Part shown: piece by piece, positions 49,903 through 60,369 of the stretch
Layout of the letters: the number at the start of each line of letters is the position of its first letter
Position numbering within the stretch: the first letter of the stretch is position 1
Assembly: GCA_965195345.1 (NCBI GenBank)
Contig: OZ239628.1
Coordinates: 1,024,001 to 1,088,000 of the forward strand
Direction: 5' to 3'
DNA: 64,000 bases
DNA from: an uncultured Thiomicrospira sp.
GTDB lineage: Bacteria; Pseudomonadota; Gammaproteobacteria; CAKMZV01
The notes under the pieces: model-generated
Told to the model about the DNA's origin: nothing
Seen by the model: the letters and a program-made list of their open reading frames with translations, nothing else
Database searches by the model: none
Position numbers and translations under genes: made by a program

Positions 49903-51366
49903 CTAATAAATACGGTCTTTAATACCCATAAGTACGTATTGGCACTCTAAATACTCATCTAATCCGTATTTTGAACCTTCACGACCTAAACCTGACTGCT
50001 TCACTCCACCGAAAGGCGCGACTTCAGTCGATATGATTCCTTCATTTACTCCAACTATGCCACAATCAAGCGCTTCAGATACGAGGAATGCTCTAGTAAG
50101 GTTTTGAGTGCAGAAATAGGCAGCTAAGCCAAATTCAGTATTATTTGCTTTAGCGATGACTTCATCATCTGTTTTAAAAGTAATGATTGGCGCAACTGGT
50201 CCAAAGGTTTCTTCATTGTTAATTAATGCGTCAGCAGAAACATTTTTCAAAATAGTTGGTTCGAAGAATAACTTTCCATTGTGGTGTCGCTTACCACCAA
50301 CGATTATTTCAGCACCTTTAGCAACAGCATCGCTGATGTGCTCTTCTACTTTTTCTAAAGCGTTTTGGCTAATAAGTGGACCTTGAGTAGCGCCTTCCTC
50401 AAAACCATTTGAAGTATGGAGTTTTTTAACTTTCTGACTCAATTTTTGTGCGAAAACTTCTGCAACATCTTCATGAACGTAAAATCGGTTCGCACAAACG
50501 CATGTCTGCCCCGTATTACGAAACTTACAAATCATTGCAGCATCTACTGCTGTGTCTAAATTAGCGTCTGAAAAAACAATAAAAGGAGCATTTCCACCCA
50601 ACTCGAGGGATAGCTTTTTAAGTGTAGGGGCTGACTTCTCCATTAGGAGCTGTCCTACTTTAGTAGAGCCAGTAAAGGATATTTTTCGCACAATATCACT
50701 TTTTGTCATTACATTAGAGATAACCGAAGAGTCTCCACAAACAATATTTATTACTCCTTTAGGTATGCCTGCATCTTCAGCAAGTTTAACAATTGCTATC
50801 GCACTTAAAGGTGTTAAGCTTGAAGGTTTAATGACACAAGTACAGCCAGCAGCAAGTGCTGGAGCGATCTTGCGAGTGATCATTGCTACTGGGAAGTTCC
50901 AAGGCGTAATAATCCCAACAACGCCTATAGGTTTTTTATTGACTAAAATACGTGCATTTACATTATGCGTTGGAATTAAATCTCCATATGCACGAACACC
51001 TTCTTCTGCAAACCATCGTAAGAAGTTAGCAGCATAAGTAATTTCTCCTTTTGCTTCCGTTAAAGGCTTACCTTGTTCAGTGGTCATTATGGTTGCAAGA
51101 TCGTCTGCATTATCAAGTATTAATTGATACCAGCGCATTAAGAAATCTGACCTTGTGCGTGCCGTGTGTGAACGCCAAGTAGCAAAGGCAACGTTAGCGT
51201 CATTAATTGCTTTTTCGGTATCCGAAGCAGAGCAACTAGGTATGCTTGCAATGATGTCAAGCGTAGCAGGATTTGTAACTGTAAAAGTTTTTTCAGAACT
51301 AAGCCACTCACCGTTAATGTAACATTTGTTTGGTAAAAGTGAAGTATTTTGGATATTTGAGAGCAT
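49903..51366 (-). CDS. gabD: NAD(P)-dependent succinate-semialdehyde dehydrogenase-like aldehyde dehydrogenase
   Basis: ITPWNFP..MITRK, SFTGST, LELGGNAP, KFRNTGQTCVC, EETFGP, GREGS.YG. Confidence 0.85.
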   Translation of the reverse strand: MLSNIQNTSLLPNKCYINGEWLSSEKTFTVTNPATLDIIASIPSCSASDTEKAINDANVAFATWRSHTARTRSDFLMRWYQLILDNADDLATIMTTEQGKPLTEAKGEITYAANFLRWFAEEGVRAYGDLIPTHNVNARILVNKKPIGVVGIITPWNFPVAMITRKIAPALAAGCTCVIKPSSLTPLSAIAIVKLAEDAGIPKGVINIVCGDSSVISNVMTKSDIVRKISFTGSTKVGQLLMEKSAPTLKKLSLELGGNAPFIVFSDANLDTAVDAAMICKFRNTGQTCVCANRFYVHEDVAEVFAQKLSQKVKKLHTSNGFEEGATQGPLISQNALEKVEEHISDAVAKGAEIIVGGKRHHNGKLFFEPTILKNVSADALINNEETFGPVAPIITFKTDDEVIAKANNTEFGLAAYFCTQNLTRAFLVSEALDCGIVGVNEGIISTEVAPFGGVKQSGLGREGSKYGLDEYLECQYVLMGIKDRIY

Positions 51367-51375
51367 AATTTTCTT

Positions 51376-51879
51376 TTATTTATTGAGGGTTGGCGTATAG
51401 AAAGGGTTGCTGGGGTTTTTCATGGCCTCTTGTATTTCTTCTTCGGTTGGATCGCCTTTTAGGGCGCGTTGAATAGCTGTTTTCATGGCAATGTGATTGT
51501 TATGGTAGATTTCATCAGCATTGTTTGCTTCTGGGTTGACCCAAACTGCTGCAATAATACACCAGTCATTCGCAGCACACTCTGGTAGTGTTTTTTCATC
51601 GATGCACTCTTGCACTCCACGTGCCACTCCTGCTTGAGCGGGGCCCCAAGTCAAATTAGCGTGTTCATCGCTACGCATGTCAACTTTTGCAGCAAATAAG
51701 GTGGCTGGTTTGACGGGAACGTTCGGTTTATGGATAGCCATAAAAGGGATGTATCCCATGCGTGGAGCCGCTGCTGATGCAGTAAGTCCCGTTCCAACAG
51801 GTCCATTCTTATCACCAATAAATGCATTGATGTGTGCTGCATTAGCACCACTTCCGATGAAAGCCTCTCCTATATACAT
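51376..51879 (-). CDS. fae: Formaldehyde-activating enzyme (Fae) homologue
   Basis: IGEAF.G.G..AAHIN..IG...GP, PN...KP.TL...K, WGPAQAGVARGV, V.V.P, AI.RA, NPF end. Confidence 0.82.
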   Translation of the reverse strand: MYIGEAFIGSGANAAHINAFIGDKNGPVGTGLTASAAAPRMGYIPFMAIHKPNVPVKPATLFAAKVDMRSDEHANLTWGPAQAGVARGVQECIDEKTLPECAANDWCIIAAVWVNPEANNADEIYHNNHIAMKTAIQRALKGDPTEEEIQEAMKNPSNPFYTPTLNK

Positions 51880-51892
51880 ATTTTCCTCTTAG

Positions 51893-53008
51893 TTATATTG
51901 TATTATGCGGTTCAACAACCATACGTAATGCTTTATTTGTTCGAACCTTAGTAATTGCCTCATTTATTTTATTTAACGGAACGACGTCAGTGACTAGTTC
52001 GTCAAGTAATAACTTTCCTTGTTGATAAAGATTGGCAATCATTGCAAAGTCTCTTTGAGGGTTTGCGCTGCCATAAAAACTGCCAGTGATGATTTTTTCC
52101 TCACGTGGTATTTTTAAAGCAGGTAATTTTACTTCAGCACCATCTGGAGCTATTCCAATGTAAACGATAGTCCCTGCACGTGCGGTTATATCGTAAGCCT
52201 GTCGCTGAAGATCAGTATTTCCTATGGCTTCAAATACGTAATCAGCACCATGATTATTGGTAAGTTCTTTAATGGCATCAACAACATCCTCTTTTTTGGG
52301 GTTGATGAAATGTGTTGCACCAAATAGCATAGCATGATCTTTTTTCTCTTCAACCGCATCGATACCAATAATCATTTCAGCTCCAGATAATCGAGCACCT
52401 TGAGCTATGTTTAGACCCACGCCTCCCATACCATAAATAACAACGCTACTACCCGGTCGTACCTTAGCAGTGTTTACGACTGCTCCTATACCAGTCATAA
52501 CAGCACAACCAATAAGAGAAGCGGGCACAAAAGGTATGTCTTCATTTAACTTTACACAGCTTGCGCCAGGTACAACGGTGTATTCAGCCCAAGTTGATGT
52601 GAAAGAATAGTGATAGATCGTTTGATTATCTTTTGACAAGCGAGAGGTGCCATCAAGCAAAGTGCCATCAAGCACGATAGGTGCTGACGCATCGCATAAA
52701 TGGGGTTTTCCAGTGTAACAAAAACGGCATTTTCCACATTCTGGTGCCCACGAAAGGGCAACATGATCTCCTGGTTTTACGTGTTTAATATTTTTGCCTG
52801 TTTCAATGACTATGCCAGCCCCTTCATGACCCAATACAGCGGGTAGAGGAACGGACATGGAACCAGTAATGACGTGAATGTCACTATAACAAACTCCCGT
52901 GGCTTCAATTTTGACTAATACCTCATCATCTTTGTGTTGCGCTAATTGAATTTTTTCAATAACTTGAGGTTTTTCAATCTCATAACAAACAGCTGCTCGT
53001 ATTTCCAT
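51893..53008 (-). CDS. Zn-dependent alcohol dehydrogenase (MDR family)
   Basis: GVCYSD, LGHEGAG, CGKCRFC..G.PHLC, IGCAVMTG.GA, GMGGVG. Confidence 0.92.
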   Translation of the reverse strand: MEIRAAVCYEIEKPQVIEKIQLAQHKDDEVLVKIEATGVCYSDIHVITGSMSVPLPAVLGHEGAGIVIETGKNIKHVKPGDHVALSWAPECGKCRFCYTGKPHLCDASAPIVLDGTLLDGTSRLSKDNQTIYHYSFTSTWAEYTVVPGASCVKLNEDIPFVPASLIGCAVMTGIGAVVNTAKVRPGSSVVIYGMGGVGLNIAQGARLSGAEMIIGIDAVEEKKDHAMLFGATHFINPKKEDVVDAIKELTNNHGADYVFEAIGNTDLQRQAYDITARAGTIVYIGIAPDGAEVKLPALKIPREEKIITGSFYGSANPQRDFAMIANLYQQGKLLLDELVTDVVPLNKINEAITKVRTNKALRMVVEPHNTI

Positions 53009-53043
53009 GGTGTTTTATGATTATATTTTTATACGAATAAATT

Positions 53044-54429
53044 TTATGAGTAGGGTAAAACGCATTTTAAACGCTTTATAGTTTCTTCTTGACCCAGTAT
53101 TTCAGCAATCTCACCGATAGAGGGAGTATTGGTCATGCCTGTTAAAGCAAAGCGTAATGGCATTCCAATGCTTCCAACTTTCATCCCATGATTTTTTGCA
53201 GTGGTTTTGATACTTTCAAAAATGACATTGTGTTTCCAATTCGATATTTTTTCCAATTCGACTAATAAATCCTTTAAAACGATTGCGATTTCTTCTTGGC
53301 AATGAGATTGCCAAGCTTGTGAATCAATAGTAGGGGCATGGATAAAGTAATTGCAATCATTTGCCATCGATAATAAAGTATTATGTCTGGGTTGTTGCAA
53401 GGCAATCATTGGAAGCATAGACTCGTCTATAGGATGGCGCATTAAATGGCTTAATGCAGGCAATAAGGATGCAGGGTCTGCGGATTGAATGTAATGTTGG
53501 TTTAACCATTGTAATTTTCCCAAATCAAATTGCCCAGATGCTTTATTTAGGCCTTCAATAGAAAAGGTTGCTATCATTTCTTCTAAACTGAAAATTTCTT
53601 GATCGCCGTGTGACCAGCCTAAGCGCACTAAGTAGTTCAGTAAAGCTTGAGGCAGATATCCTTGGTCGCAATATTCGGTTACGCTTGTTGCGCCGTGCCT
53701 TTTAGACAAACGGGATCCGTCTTCACCCAAAACCATTGGCACATGAATCATTGTTGGGTGCATGGCGTCTAAGGCTTTGTATATATGCAACTGGCGGGGC
53801 GTGTTGTTTATATGGTCATCCCCGCGAATAATGTGGGTTATTTGCATATCGATATCATCGACCACAACGCAGAGATTATAAGTTGGTGAACCATCACTGC
53901 GTGCTATGACAAGGTCATCAAGTTCGTTGTTTTCTGTACGTATAGTACCGTACACTCCGTCTTCATAAGTAATGAATCCTTCTTTAGGTGTTTTAAAACG
54001 AACTACTGGTTTTATATCTTCTGGATGTGGCATGTCACTGTCTCGCCAGCGACCGTCGTAGCGCATTTTCTCACCCCGTTTCTTTTGCTCCTCGCGCATT
54101 ACCTCGAGCTCTTCAGGAGTGGTATAGCAGTAGTAAGCATTGCCACTGGCAAGAAGTTCAGAAATAACTTCTTTATAGCGTTGAGTACGTTCGCTCTGAT
54201 AAAAAGGACCCTCATCATAGTTTAGACCTAACCATGCAAGTCCTTCAAGAATTACTTTTGTGGCTTCGTCGGTTGAGCGCTGTGTATCTGAGTCCTCAAT
54301 ACGCAGTACAAACTCACCTCCATGATGTCTGGCAAAAAGCCAGTTAAAAAGAGCAGTGCGTGCGCCACCAATGTGTAAAGAACCCGTGGGGCTTGGAGGA
54401 AAACGAGTACGAATTTTATTAGTACTCAT
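53044..54429 (-). CDS. gltX: Glutamate-tRNA ligase
   Basis: RTRFPPSPTG.LHIGG, LRIED, IRGDDH, LSKRHG. Confidence 0.96.
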   Translation of the reverse strand: MSTNKIRTRFPPSPTGSLHIGGARTALFNWLFARHHGGEFVLRIEDSDTQRSTDEATKVILEGLAWLGLNYDEGPFYQSERTQRYKEVISELLASGNAYYCYTTPEELEVMREEQKKRGEKMRYDGRWRDSDMPHPEDIKPVVRFKTPKEGFITYEDGVYGTIRTENNELDDLVIARSDGSPTYNLCVVVDDIDMQITHIIRGDDHINNTPRQLHIYKALDAMHPTMIHVPMVLGEDGSRLSKRHGATSVTEYCDQGYLPQALLNYLVRLGWSHGDQEIFSLEEMIATFSIEGLNKASGQFDLGKLQWLNQHYIQSADPASLLPALSHLMRHPIDESMLPMIALQQPRHNTLLSMANDCNYFIHAPTIDSQAWQSHCQEEIAIVLKDLLVELEKISNWKHNVIFESIKTTAKNHGMKVGSIGMPLRFALTGMTNTPSIGEIAEILGQEETIKRLKCVLPYS

Positions 54430-54438
54430 TTTCAATTA

Positions 54439-54912
54439 TTAATATTTAGCGGAAATGATTTCATACTCTACTTCACCGTCGGGCGTGTGCACAGTAACCA
54501 CTTCACCAATTGATTTCCCTACCAGTGAACGAGCCAAAGGAGAGGTGATTGAAATTTTATTGAACTCTAAATTTGCTTCGTATTCACCAACAATTTGATA
54601 ATGAATGACTTGTTCGTCGCTTAATCGAAATAATTCAATTTTAGCGCCAAAGACCACTTTGTCACCTGGGTTGAGGGAAGCAATATCTATAACCTGCACA
54701 GAAGCAGCAGTGCCTTCAAGCTCTTTGATACGTCCCTCTATGAATCCTTGTTGTTCACGTGCTGCATGGTATTCTGCGTTTTCTTTTAGGTCTCCATGTG
54801 CACGGGCTTCTACAATTGCCTCTATAATAGCGGGGCGTTGGTTTTTTTTTAAATCTTCGATCTCATCGCGCAGGGCGTTCATTCCTTCTTGCGTAATTGG
54901 GATGGTATTCAT
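54439..54912 (-). CDS. greA: Transcription elongation factor GreA
   Basis: [24 protein letters not shown]; likely start MNTIPIT. Confidence 0.96.
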   Translation of the reverse strand: MNTIPITQEGMNALRDEIEDLKKNQRPAIIEAIVEARAHGDLKENAEYHAAREQQGFIEGRIKELEGTAASVQVIDIASLNPGDKVVFGAKIELFRLSDEQVIHYQIVGEYEANLEFNKISITSPLARSLVGKSIGEVVTVHTPDGEVEYEIISAKY

Positions 54913-55005
54913 TGCGTTATTCTTACTGGCTTTGTTAATCAAAGGGCATTATATCGCTTTGCGTTACTGTTGAAGCAGTCATTCTTAACGTTTTATAATA
55001 GAGTT

Positions 55006-55917
55006 ATGTCATCAATAATATCAATAAAGAATCTCACTAAGAGATATGAAGGTAACACCGTTCTTAAAGATTTTTCTTTGGAAATAGAGCAGGGTGAAAT
55101 ATTAGCTCTTCTTGGTCCTAATGGAGCAGGTAAAACAACATTAATATCCATTATTTGCGGTTTAGTAAATGCAAGCTCAGGAACAGTTTTAGTGGGTGGG
55201 TATGATAATGTAATTGACTTTCGACTTACAAGAGAAAAAATTGGTCTTGTTCCACAAGAACTAATGCTTGGTGTTTTTGATAGAGTAATTGAAACAGTAA
55301 AACATTCAAGAGGCTTGTTTGGGCGAGCACCAGACCATGAATACATTACTCAACTTTTAGATGATTTATCATTAGGTGATAAGAAAAATAGTTTAATACA
55401 GCAATTGTCAGGCGGTATGAAACGCCGTGTTTTAATCGCCAAAGCGTTGTCTCATCAGCCTCCTATCTTATTTCTTGATGAACCAACTGCTGGCGTTGAT
55501 GTGGAATTACGCAAGGACATGTGGCGTTTGGTTGAGGATTTGCGCAAAAAAGGAGTCACTATTATTTTAACGACACATTATATTGAAGAAGCCGAAGCAA
55601 TAGCTGACAGGGTGGGCGTTATCAGTAAAGGCGAATTGATAGTAGTTGATGAAAAAAAATCATTGATGCGCAAGCTTGGTAAAAATCAACTAAGAGTTGA
55701 ATTGAATGCCCCTCTACAGAAGTTGCCTGATGGATTGGATCATATGTGGGAACTATCAACAGATGGAGTTTTCTTAACGTACACTTATAGCACTTTCGAG
55801 AATGAACACACCATGAATAATGTTTTAGAGCATTTGCATAAGTTGAACTTGCCTATCAAGGATCTAACTTCAGTTAAGTCTTCTTTGGAAGATATTTTTG
55901 TTAATTTAGTAAAGTAA
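55006..55917 (+). CDS. ABC-2 transporter ATP-binding protein (YadG-like)
   Basis: [32 protein letters not shown]; likely start ATG 55006. Confidence 0.92.
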   Translation: MSSIISIKNLTKRYEGNTVLKDFSLEIEQGEILALLGPNGAGKTTLISIICGLVNASSGTVLVGGYDNVIDFRLTREKIGLVPQELMLGVFDRVIETVKHSRGLFGRAPDHEYITQLLDDLSLGDKKNSLIQQLSGGMKRRVLIAKALSHQPPILFLDEPTAGVDVELRKDMWRLVEDLRKKGVTIILTTHYIEEAEAIADRVGVISKGELIVVDEKKSLMRKLGKNQLRVELNAPLQKLPDGLDHMWELSTDGVFLTYTYSTFENEHTMNNVLEHLHKLNLPIKDLTSVKSSLEDIFVNLVK

Positions 55918-55972
55918 CACATTGAAAGTACAAAATAGACATTAAATTGGTTTAAATATAATTAAAAAGAAT

Positions 55973-56740
55973 ATGAAAATAAACACTTATGCAATAAGAG
56001 TACTTTATAAGAATGAAATGAGAAGGTTTTTCAGGACCATTGGGCAAAGTATTGCATCGCCGGTTATTTCTACCTCTCTTTATTTTGTGATATTTGGTTC
56101 TGCTATCGGGTCGCGAATAAGCGAGGTTGGCGGCGTTTCTTATGGCACATTTATTGTTCCAGGCTTGGTTATGCTTGCATTGCTTACTCAAAGTATGGCA
56201 AATGCTTCATTTGGTATATTTTTTCAAAAATTCACGGGAACTATTTATGAAGTGCTATCCGCTCCTGTATCAGCCTTCGAAATTATTATTGGTTTTGTTG
56301 GCGCCGCAGCTACGAAAGCGATGATTGTTGGGACGATCATATTGATTACAGCTACTTTTTTTGTCGATTTGCATATAGCCCATCCGTATATTGCACTTAT
56401 GTTTTTCATAATGACTTGTGTAACATTTAGCCTATTTGGTTTCATTATTGGATTGTGGGCAAAAGATTTTGAACAATTACAAATTATTCCGCTATTGGTA
56501 ATTACTCCTTTGGTTTTCCTAGGGGGAAGTTTTTATTCGATTGATATGTTGCCGGAATTTTGGCAGAATGTGTCATTATTTAATCCTGTTCTTTATTTGG
56601 TCAGTGGATTTAGATGGAGTTTTTTTGAAGTCGCAGATGTTAACGTGACAACCAGCTTGATAGCTATCTTTACAATCTTGGTGATATGCATTAGCATTGT
56701 ATGGTGGATGTTTAAAACAGGTTACAAGACCAGAGGCTAA
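55973..56740 (+). CDS. ABC-2 transporter permease (YadH-like)
   Basis: RFFRT..QSI.SPVI...[30 protein letters not shown]. Confidence 0.92.
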   Translation: MKINTYAIRVLYKNEMRRFFRTIGQSIASPVISTSLYFVIFGSAIGSRISEVGGVSYGTFIVPGLVMLALLTQSMANASFGIFFQKFTGTIYEVLSAPVSAFEIIIGFVGAAATKAMIVGTIILITATFFVDLHIAHPYIALMFFIMTCVTFSLFGFIIGLWAKDFEQLQIIPLLVITPLVFLGGSFYSIDMLPEFWQNVSLFNPVLYLVSGFRWSFFEVADVNVTTSLIAIFTILVICISIVWWMFKTGYKTRG

Positions 56741-56908
56741 TGCTTTTGACTATTTTTGTGGAGAACAATAAGCTTATTTCTGAATTTTCAACCAAAGAAC
56801 ATGAAGCCCACTCAGAATGAATGAGAGGTACTTACAAAGCTGTATTGGGTTAACTCAGAACTTTAATTGATAACTAATTACTAAATTTAATCTAAAAAAT
56901 TATTAAAA

Positions 56909-57550
56909 ATGGAAAAATTAACAACTATTCATGGTGTCGTTGCTCCTTTAGATCGTGCAAATGTTGATACGGATGCCATTATTCCCAAACAATTTCTTAA
57001 ATCCATTCGTCGTAGTGGTTTTGGTCCTAATTTGTTTGATGATTGGCGCTATTTAGATACAGGAGAGCCTGATAGTGATAATTCACAACGCAAATTAAAT
57101 CCAGATTTTGTGCTAAATAAAACACGTTATGCAAATGCAAAGATTTTACTCACACGTGAAAATTTTGGTTGTGGCTCTTCACGTGAGCATGCTCCGTGGG
57201 CTTTGAAAGGTTACGGTTTTGATGTGATCATTGCACCAACCTTTGCCGATATTTTCTTTGCCAACTGCTTTAAAAATGCATTGTTGCCGATTACCCTTGA
57301 TAGCAGTGTTGTTGAATCTCTTATGCAGGATGTGGTTGATAATGAAGGGTATCATTTATTGATTGATTTGCCAGCACAAACAATTACTAAGCCAAATGAT
57401 GAGTTAATACCCTTTGAGGTTGATGCATTTCAAAAGCATTGTCTAATAAATGGGTTGGATGATATAGGTGTCACGTTACAACATACTGATAAGATAAAGG
57501 CTTACGAAGAAAAGCAGCGCAAAGTTACTCCTTGGCTGTTTAGGGAATGA
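56909..57550 (+). CDS. leuD: 3-isopropylmalate dehydratase small subunit
   Basis: [42 protein letters not shown]. Confidence 0.97.
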   Translation: MEKLTTIHGVVAPLDRANVDTDAIIPKQFLKSIRRSGFGPNLFDDWRYLDTGEPDSDNSQRKLNPDFVLNKTRYANAKILLTRENFGCGSSREHAPWALKGYGFDVIIAPTFADIFFANCFKNALLPITLDSSVVESLMQDVVDNEGYHLLIDLPAQTITKPNDELIPFEVDAFQKHCLINGLDDIGVTLQHTDKIKAYEEKQRKVTPWLFRE

Positions 57551-57631
57551 AATTTCTAAAAGGTTTTTGACTCCTACAGATCACACAAACTGATTTTTAA
57601 AAATTAGTTTAATCTTCAGCTATACAAATAT

Positions 57632-58453
57632 ATGTCCATATTCCATAAAGACAAACAACCTCTGGTGATGGGAATTCTAAATGTGACGAATGACTCTTTT
57701 TCAGATGGAGGGGATTTTATAGATCCAGAATATGCTTTAGAACATGCTTTAAGTATGATTGAAGATGGGGCGGATATGCTGGATATTGGTGGCGAATCAA
57801 CTAGGCCTTTTGCACAAAAGGTCTCATTAGATCAAGAGCTACAACGCACAATTCCAGTAATTAAAGCGTTAAGGAATAATGGAGTAGGTATACCAATATC
57901 GATAGATACGAGTAAGTTTGATGTTATGTTTCAAGCTGTTGAGGCTGGCGCAAATATCATAAATGATATAAGGTCTTTAGGAGAGGTTCACTCATTAAAA
58001 GATGTAGCAGCACTGGGTGTACCCGTATGCTTAATGCACATGCAGGGGACTCCTGAAACTATGCAAAGAAAACCATACTATCGAGACGTTGTTGCTGAAG
58101 TAAAGACGTTTTTAATGCTCCGTTGTCAACAAGCCTTAGATGCTGGGATTTCTGATTTGTGTATTGATGTCGGTTTTGGCTTTGGTAAAACGTTAGAACA
58201 CAATCGTACTTTATTTCAGAATTTACACCATTTTTCTGAATTAGGCTACCCTGTTTTGGTTGGTGTATCGCGCAAACGAATGTTTCAAGAAATTACGGGA
58301 CGTGAGATACCTAAAGAACGAATGAGCGGGGGAATTGCTGCATCTGTGTTAGCAGCTCAGAAAGGGTGCTCTGTACTTAGAGTACACGATGTTGCAGCAA
58401 CGGTTGATGCTTTGAAAGTTTTAAGATTTTTTGATGAAGGACATCCAGCTTAA
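57632..58453 (+). CDS. folP: Dihydropteroate synthase
   Basis: MGILNVT.DSFSDGG, DIGGESTRP, SIDT, GFGFGK, SRK, RVHDV. Confidence 0.96.
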   Translation: MSIFHKDKQPLVMGILNVTNDSFSDGGDFIDPEYALEHALSMIEDGADMLDIGGESTRPFAQKVSLDQELQRTIPVIKALRNNGVGIPISIDTSKFDVMFQAVEAGANIINDIRSLGEVHSLKDVAALGVPVCLMHMQGTPETMQRKPYYRDVVAEVKTFLMLRCQQALDAGISDLCIDVGFGFGKTLEHNRTLFQNLHHFSELGYPVLVGVSRKRMFQEITGREIPKERMSGGIAASVLAAQKGCSVLRVHDVAATVDALKVLRFFDEGHPA

Positions 58454-58489
58454 AAAGAGTTTGAAGGAAGTCTTTGTTGATGGTGTTGA

Positions 58490-59038
58490 CTAAAGTTTTT
58501 TGCTTATAAAAGGGGCATACATGCTATCCCATTTCCCTTGTACTTGCAAAATCAAATCGCACAGTTCTCGAACAGCTCCATAACCTCCAGACTTGCTCAA
58601 TTGGATGTCTGCTGCTTTTTTAACGAGTGGTTGGGCATTATTAACAGCACAAGAAACCCCCACTTGATTCATTACAGGTAGATCAATGATATCGTCTCCA
58701 ACATAAGCAGCTTCATCATTGGTGATCCCGAAATCTTTTTTAAGTTTATCGTAAACTTCAGCTTTGTTTAGAGAGCCTGGGTAATATTGTTCAATGCCTA
58801 GATTCTCCATACGATGACGCACTGAGTCCGAATTTCTTGCAGTTATCACGGCGATAGTGATGCCTGATTTCATCAACATCTTCATACCTAACCCGTCAGT
58901 CACATCAAAAGCTTTCAGTTCATTTCCACTATCACTAAAATAAATTTGCCCGTTAGTAAGAACGCCGTCAACGTCTAGTATAAGCATTTTAAGGCGTTCC
59001 ATGCGTTTCTTTACAGTGTCATTGATAATATGTTCCAT
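58490..59038 (-). CDS. kdsC: KDO 8-phosphate phosphatase (HAD)
   Basis: LDVDGVLT.G, K.F...DG.G, YVGDDIIDL, GG.GAVRE. Confidence 0.93.
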   Translation of the reverse strand: MEHIINDTVKKRMERLKMLILDVDGVLTNGQIYFSDSGNELKAFDVTDGLGMKMLMKSGITIAVITARNSDSVRHRMENLGIEQYYPGSLNKAEVYDKLKKDFGITNDEAAYVGDDIIDLPVMNQVGVSCAVNNAQPLVKKAADIQLSKSGGYGAVRELCDLILQVQGKWDSMYAPFISKKL

Positions 59039-59075
59039 TAGTTCTAAGTAGTTTTTTTAGCAGTTGCTGCGTTAA

Positions 59076-60029
59076 TTAAATGCTTTGGAAAGTTAACAGT
59101 CCCATATATGAGCAAAATAAAGTTAATAACACTCCACCTTGCCACCGACTTATGCGTAATTTCGGCCAGTTCATTCCAATAAATATGATCAGTAATACAG
59201 TGAACCCCAACATTATCAAACCATCTCTATCGAGTAGCTCTTTTTCTATTGCTGGGGCTGCTAATAATGCGGGGATAGGCAATACGGCTAAGAGATTAAA
59301 TAAGTTAGAGCCTAGTATATTGCCAATGCTTAAATCATAATGCTTTTTCCTAACAGCAGCTATGGAGGTGGCAAGTTCGGGGAGGCTGGTTCCAATTGCA
59401 ACAATGGTAAGTCCAATAATGGCTTCTGAAATACCAAAGAAAAGGGCTACTTCAACGGCACCCCAAACGAGCAGACGAGCGCTTAAAAGCAACACAATCA
59501 AACCCGATAATAATTGAAAGCTGGCTGTTTTTAGAGAAACTTCTTCGCTGTTTTCATGTTGTTCAGCAGCCATGTCTTCATTACCGCTGGTAAAGTACAC
59601 TATTGAAAGTACAAAAGTAAATAACAAAATAAGTATGATGCCATCAGTAAATTGCAATTGATAATCTGAAAAAAGATACAAGGCGACAATAGTGATGAGT
59701 AAAACCAACATGGTTTCTCTTTTAAAGGTTTTAGAACTGAGCGTCAGTGGGGCGATCATTGCTGTTATACCAAGTACTAAACCAATATTTGCGATATTTG
59801 AACCAACCACATTGCCTATAGCAATGCCTGGAGCACCATCTAATGTTGCGATAGCAGCAACGACCATTTCTGGAGCCGAAGTGCCAAAACCCAGCATAAA
59901 TACACCAACAATGATGGGAGGCACGTTAAATAACGAGGATATATTTTGAGCACCAATGATAAAACGATCGGCACTCCACATGAGAACAATCAACCCAACT
60001 ACTATGGCAACTAGTGCAAGAATGGTCAT
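59076..60029 (-). CDS. Calcium/sodium antiporter (YrbG family)
   Basis: Alpha repeats GTSAPE/GNVVGSN and GTSLPE/GNILGSN. Confidence 0.92.
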   Translation of the reverse strand: MTILALVAIVVGLIVLMWSADRFIIGAQNISSLFNVPPIIVGVFMLGFGTSAPEMVVAAIATLDGAPGIAIGNVVGSNIANIGLVLGITAMIAPLTLSSKTFKRETMLVLLITIVALYLFSDYQLQFTDGIILILLFTFVLSIVYFTSGNEDMAAEQHENSEEVSLKTASFQLLSGLIVLLLSARLLVWGAVEVALFFGISEAIIGLTIVAIGTSLPELATSIAAVRKKHYDLSIGNILGSNLFNLLAVLPIPALLAAPAIEKELLDRDGLIMLGFTVLLIIFIGMNWPKLRISRWQGGVLLTLFCSYMGLLTFQSI

Positions 60030-60054
60030 AAAATGGATGAAGCGGTAGAGGTGT

Positions 60055-60369
60055 TTAGTTTTTTCTAGTGATTTTCGACACTAGATTATTTTTATCGAAA
60101 TCAATGATGATGTTTCTTTTGACTTCACTGTCATCTTGCTTCCATAAGTAGTAAGTATATATCCACTGGTTTTTTCCAAACGGATGTGTCAAAAGAGGTT
60201 CACCTATTAGTAGAGCAACGTCACGTTGACTCATGCCTACTTTGACTTGTAAAAGTTGCTCTTGTTCTACAATTTGTCCTTGTTGGCGTTCAGGACGATA
60301 TGCGCAACCATTGAGTGATACTAATAAATGTAGGCAGAAAAAAGCAATTGATGCTATCTTTAACAGCAT
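60055..60369 (-). CDS. bamE: Outer-membrane protein assembly factor BamE
   Basis: Lipobox LNGC, QQG, VKVGMS...V..L.GEP, W.Y. ATG 60369 overlaps the lon stop (TGATG). Confidence 0.85.
   Translation of the reverse strand: MLLKIASIAFFCLHLLVSLNGCAYRPERQQGQIVEQEQLLQVKVGMSQRDVALLIGEPLLTHPFGKNQWIYTYYLWKQDDSEVKRNIIIDFDKNNLVSKITRKN

Noticed and set aside
50552-51037. 161-aa antisense ORF, representative of the many short opposite-strand or nested ORFs in the track (e.g. 6389-7012, 48964-49338)
   Set aside because: Shadows of well-conserved genes on the other strand, with no motifs or ribosome-binding sites.
51893-53008. Calling the ADH frmA (glutathione-dependent formaldehyde dehydrogenase)
   Set aside because: Class III signature residues not seen and no S-formylglutathione hydrolase adjacent.
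56740-56820. 26-codon ORF ([10 protein letters not shown]...) before leuD as a leucine attenuator peptide
   Set aside because: Only two adjacent Leu codons at the start, and no terminator/antiterminator hairpins follow.
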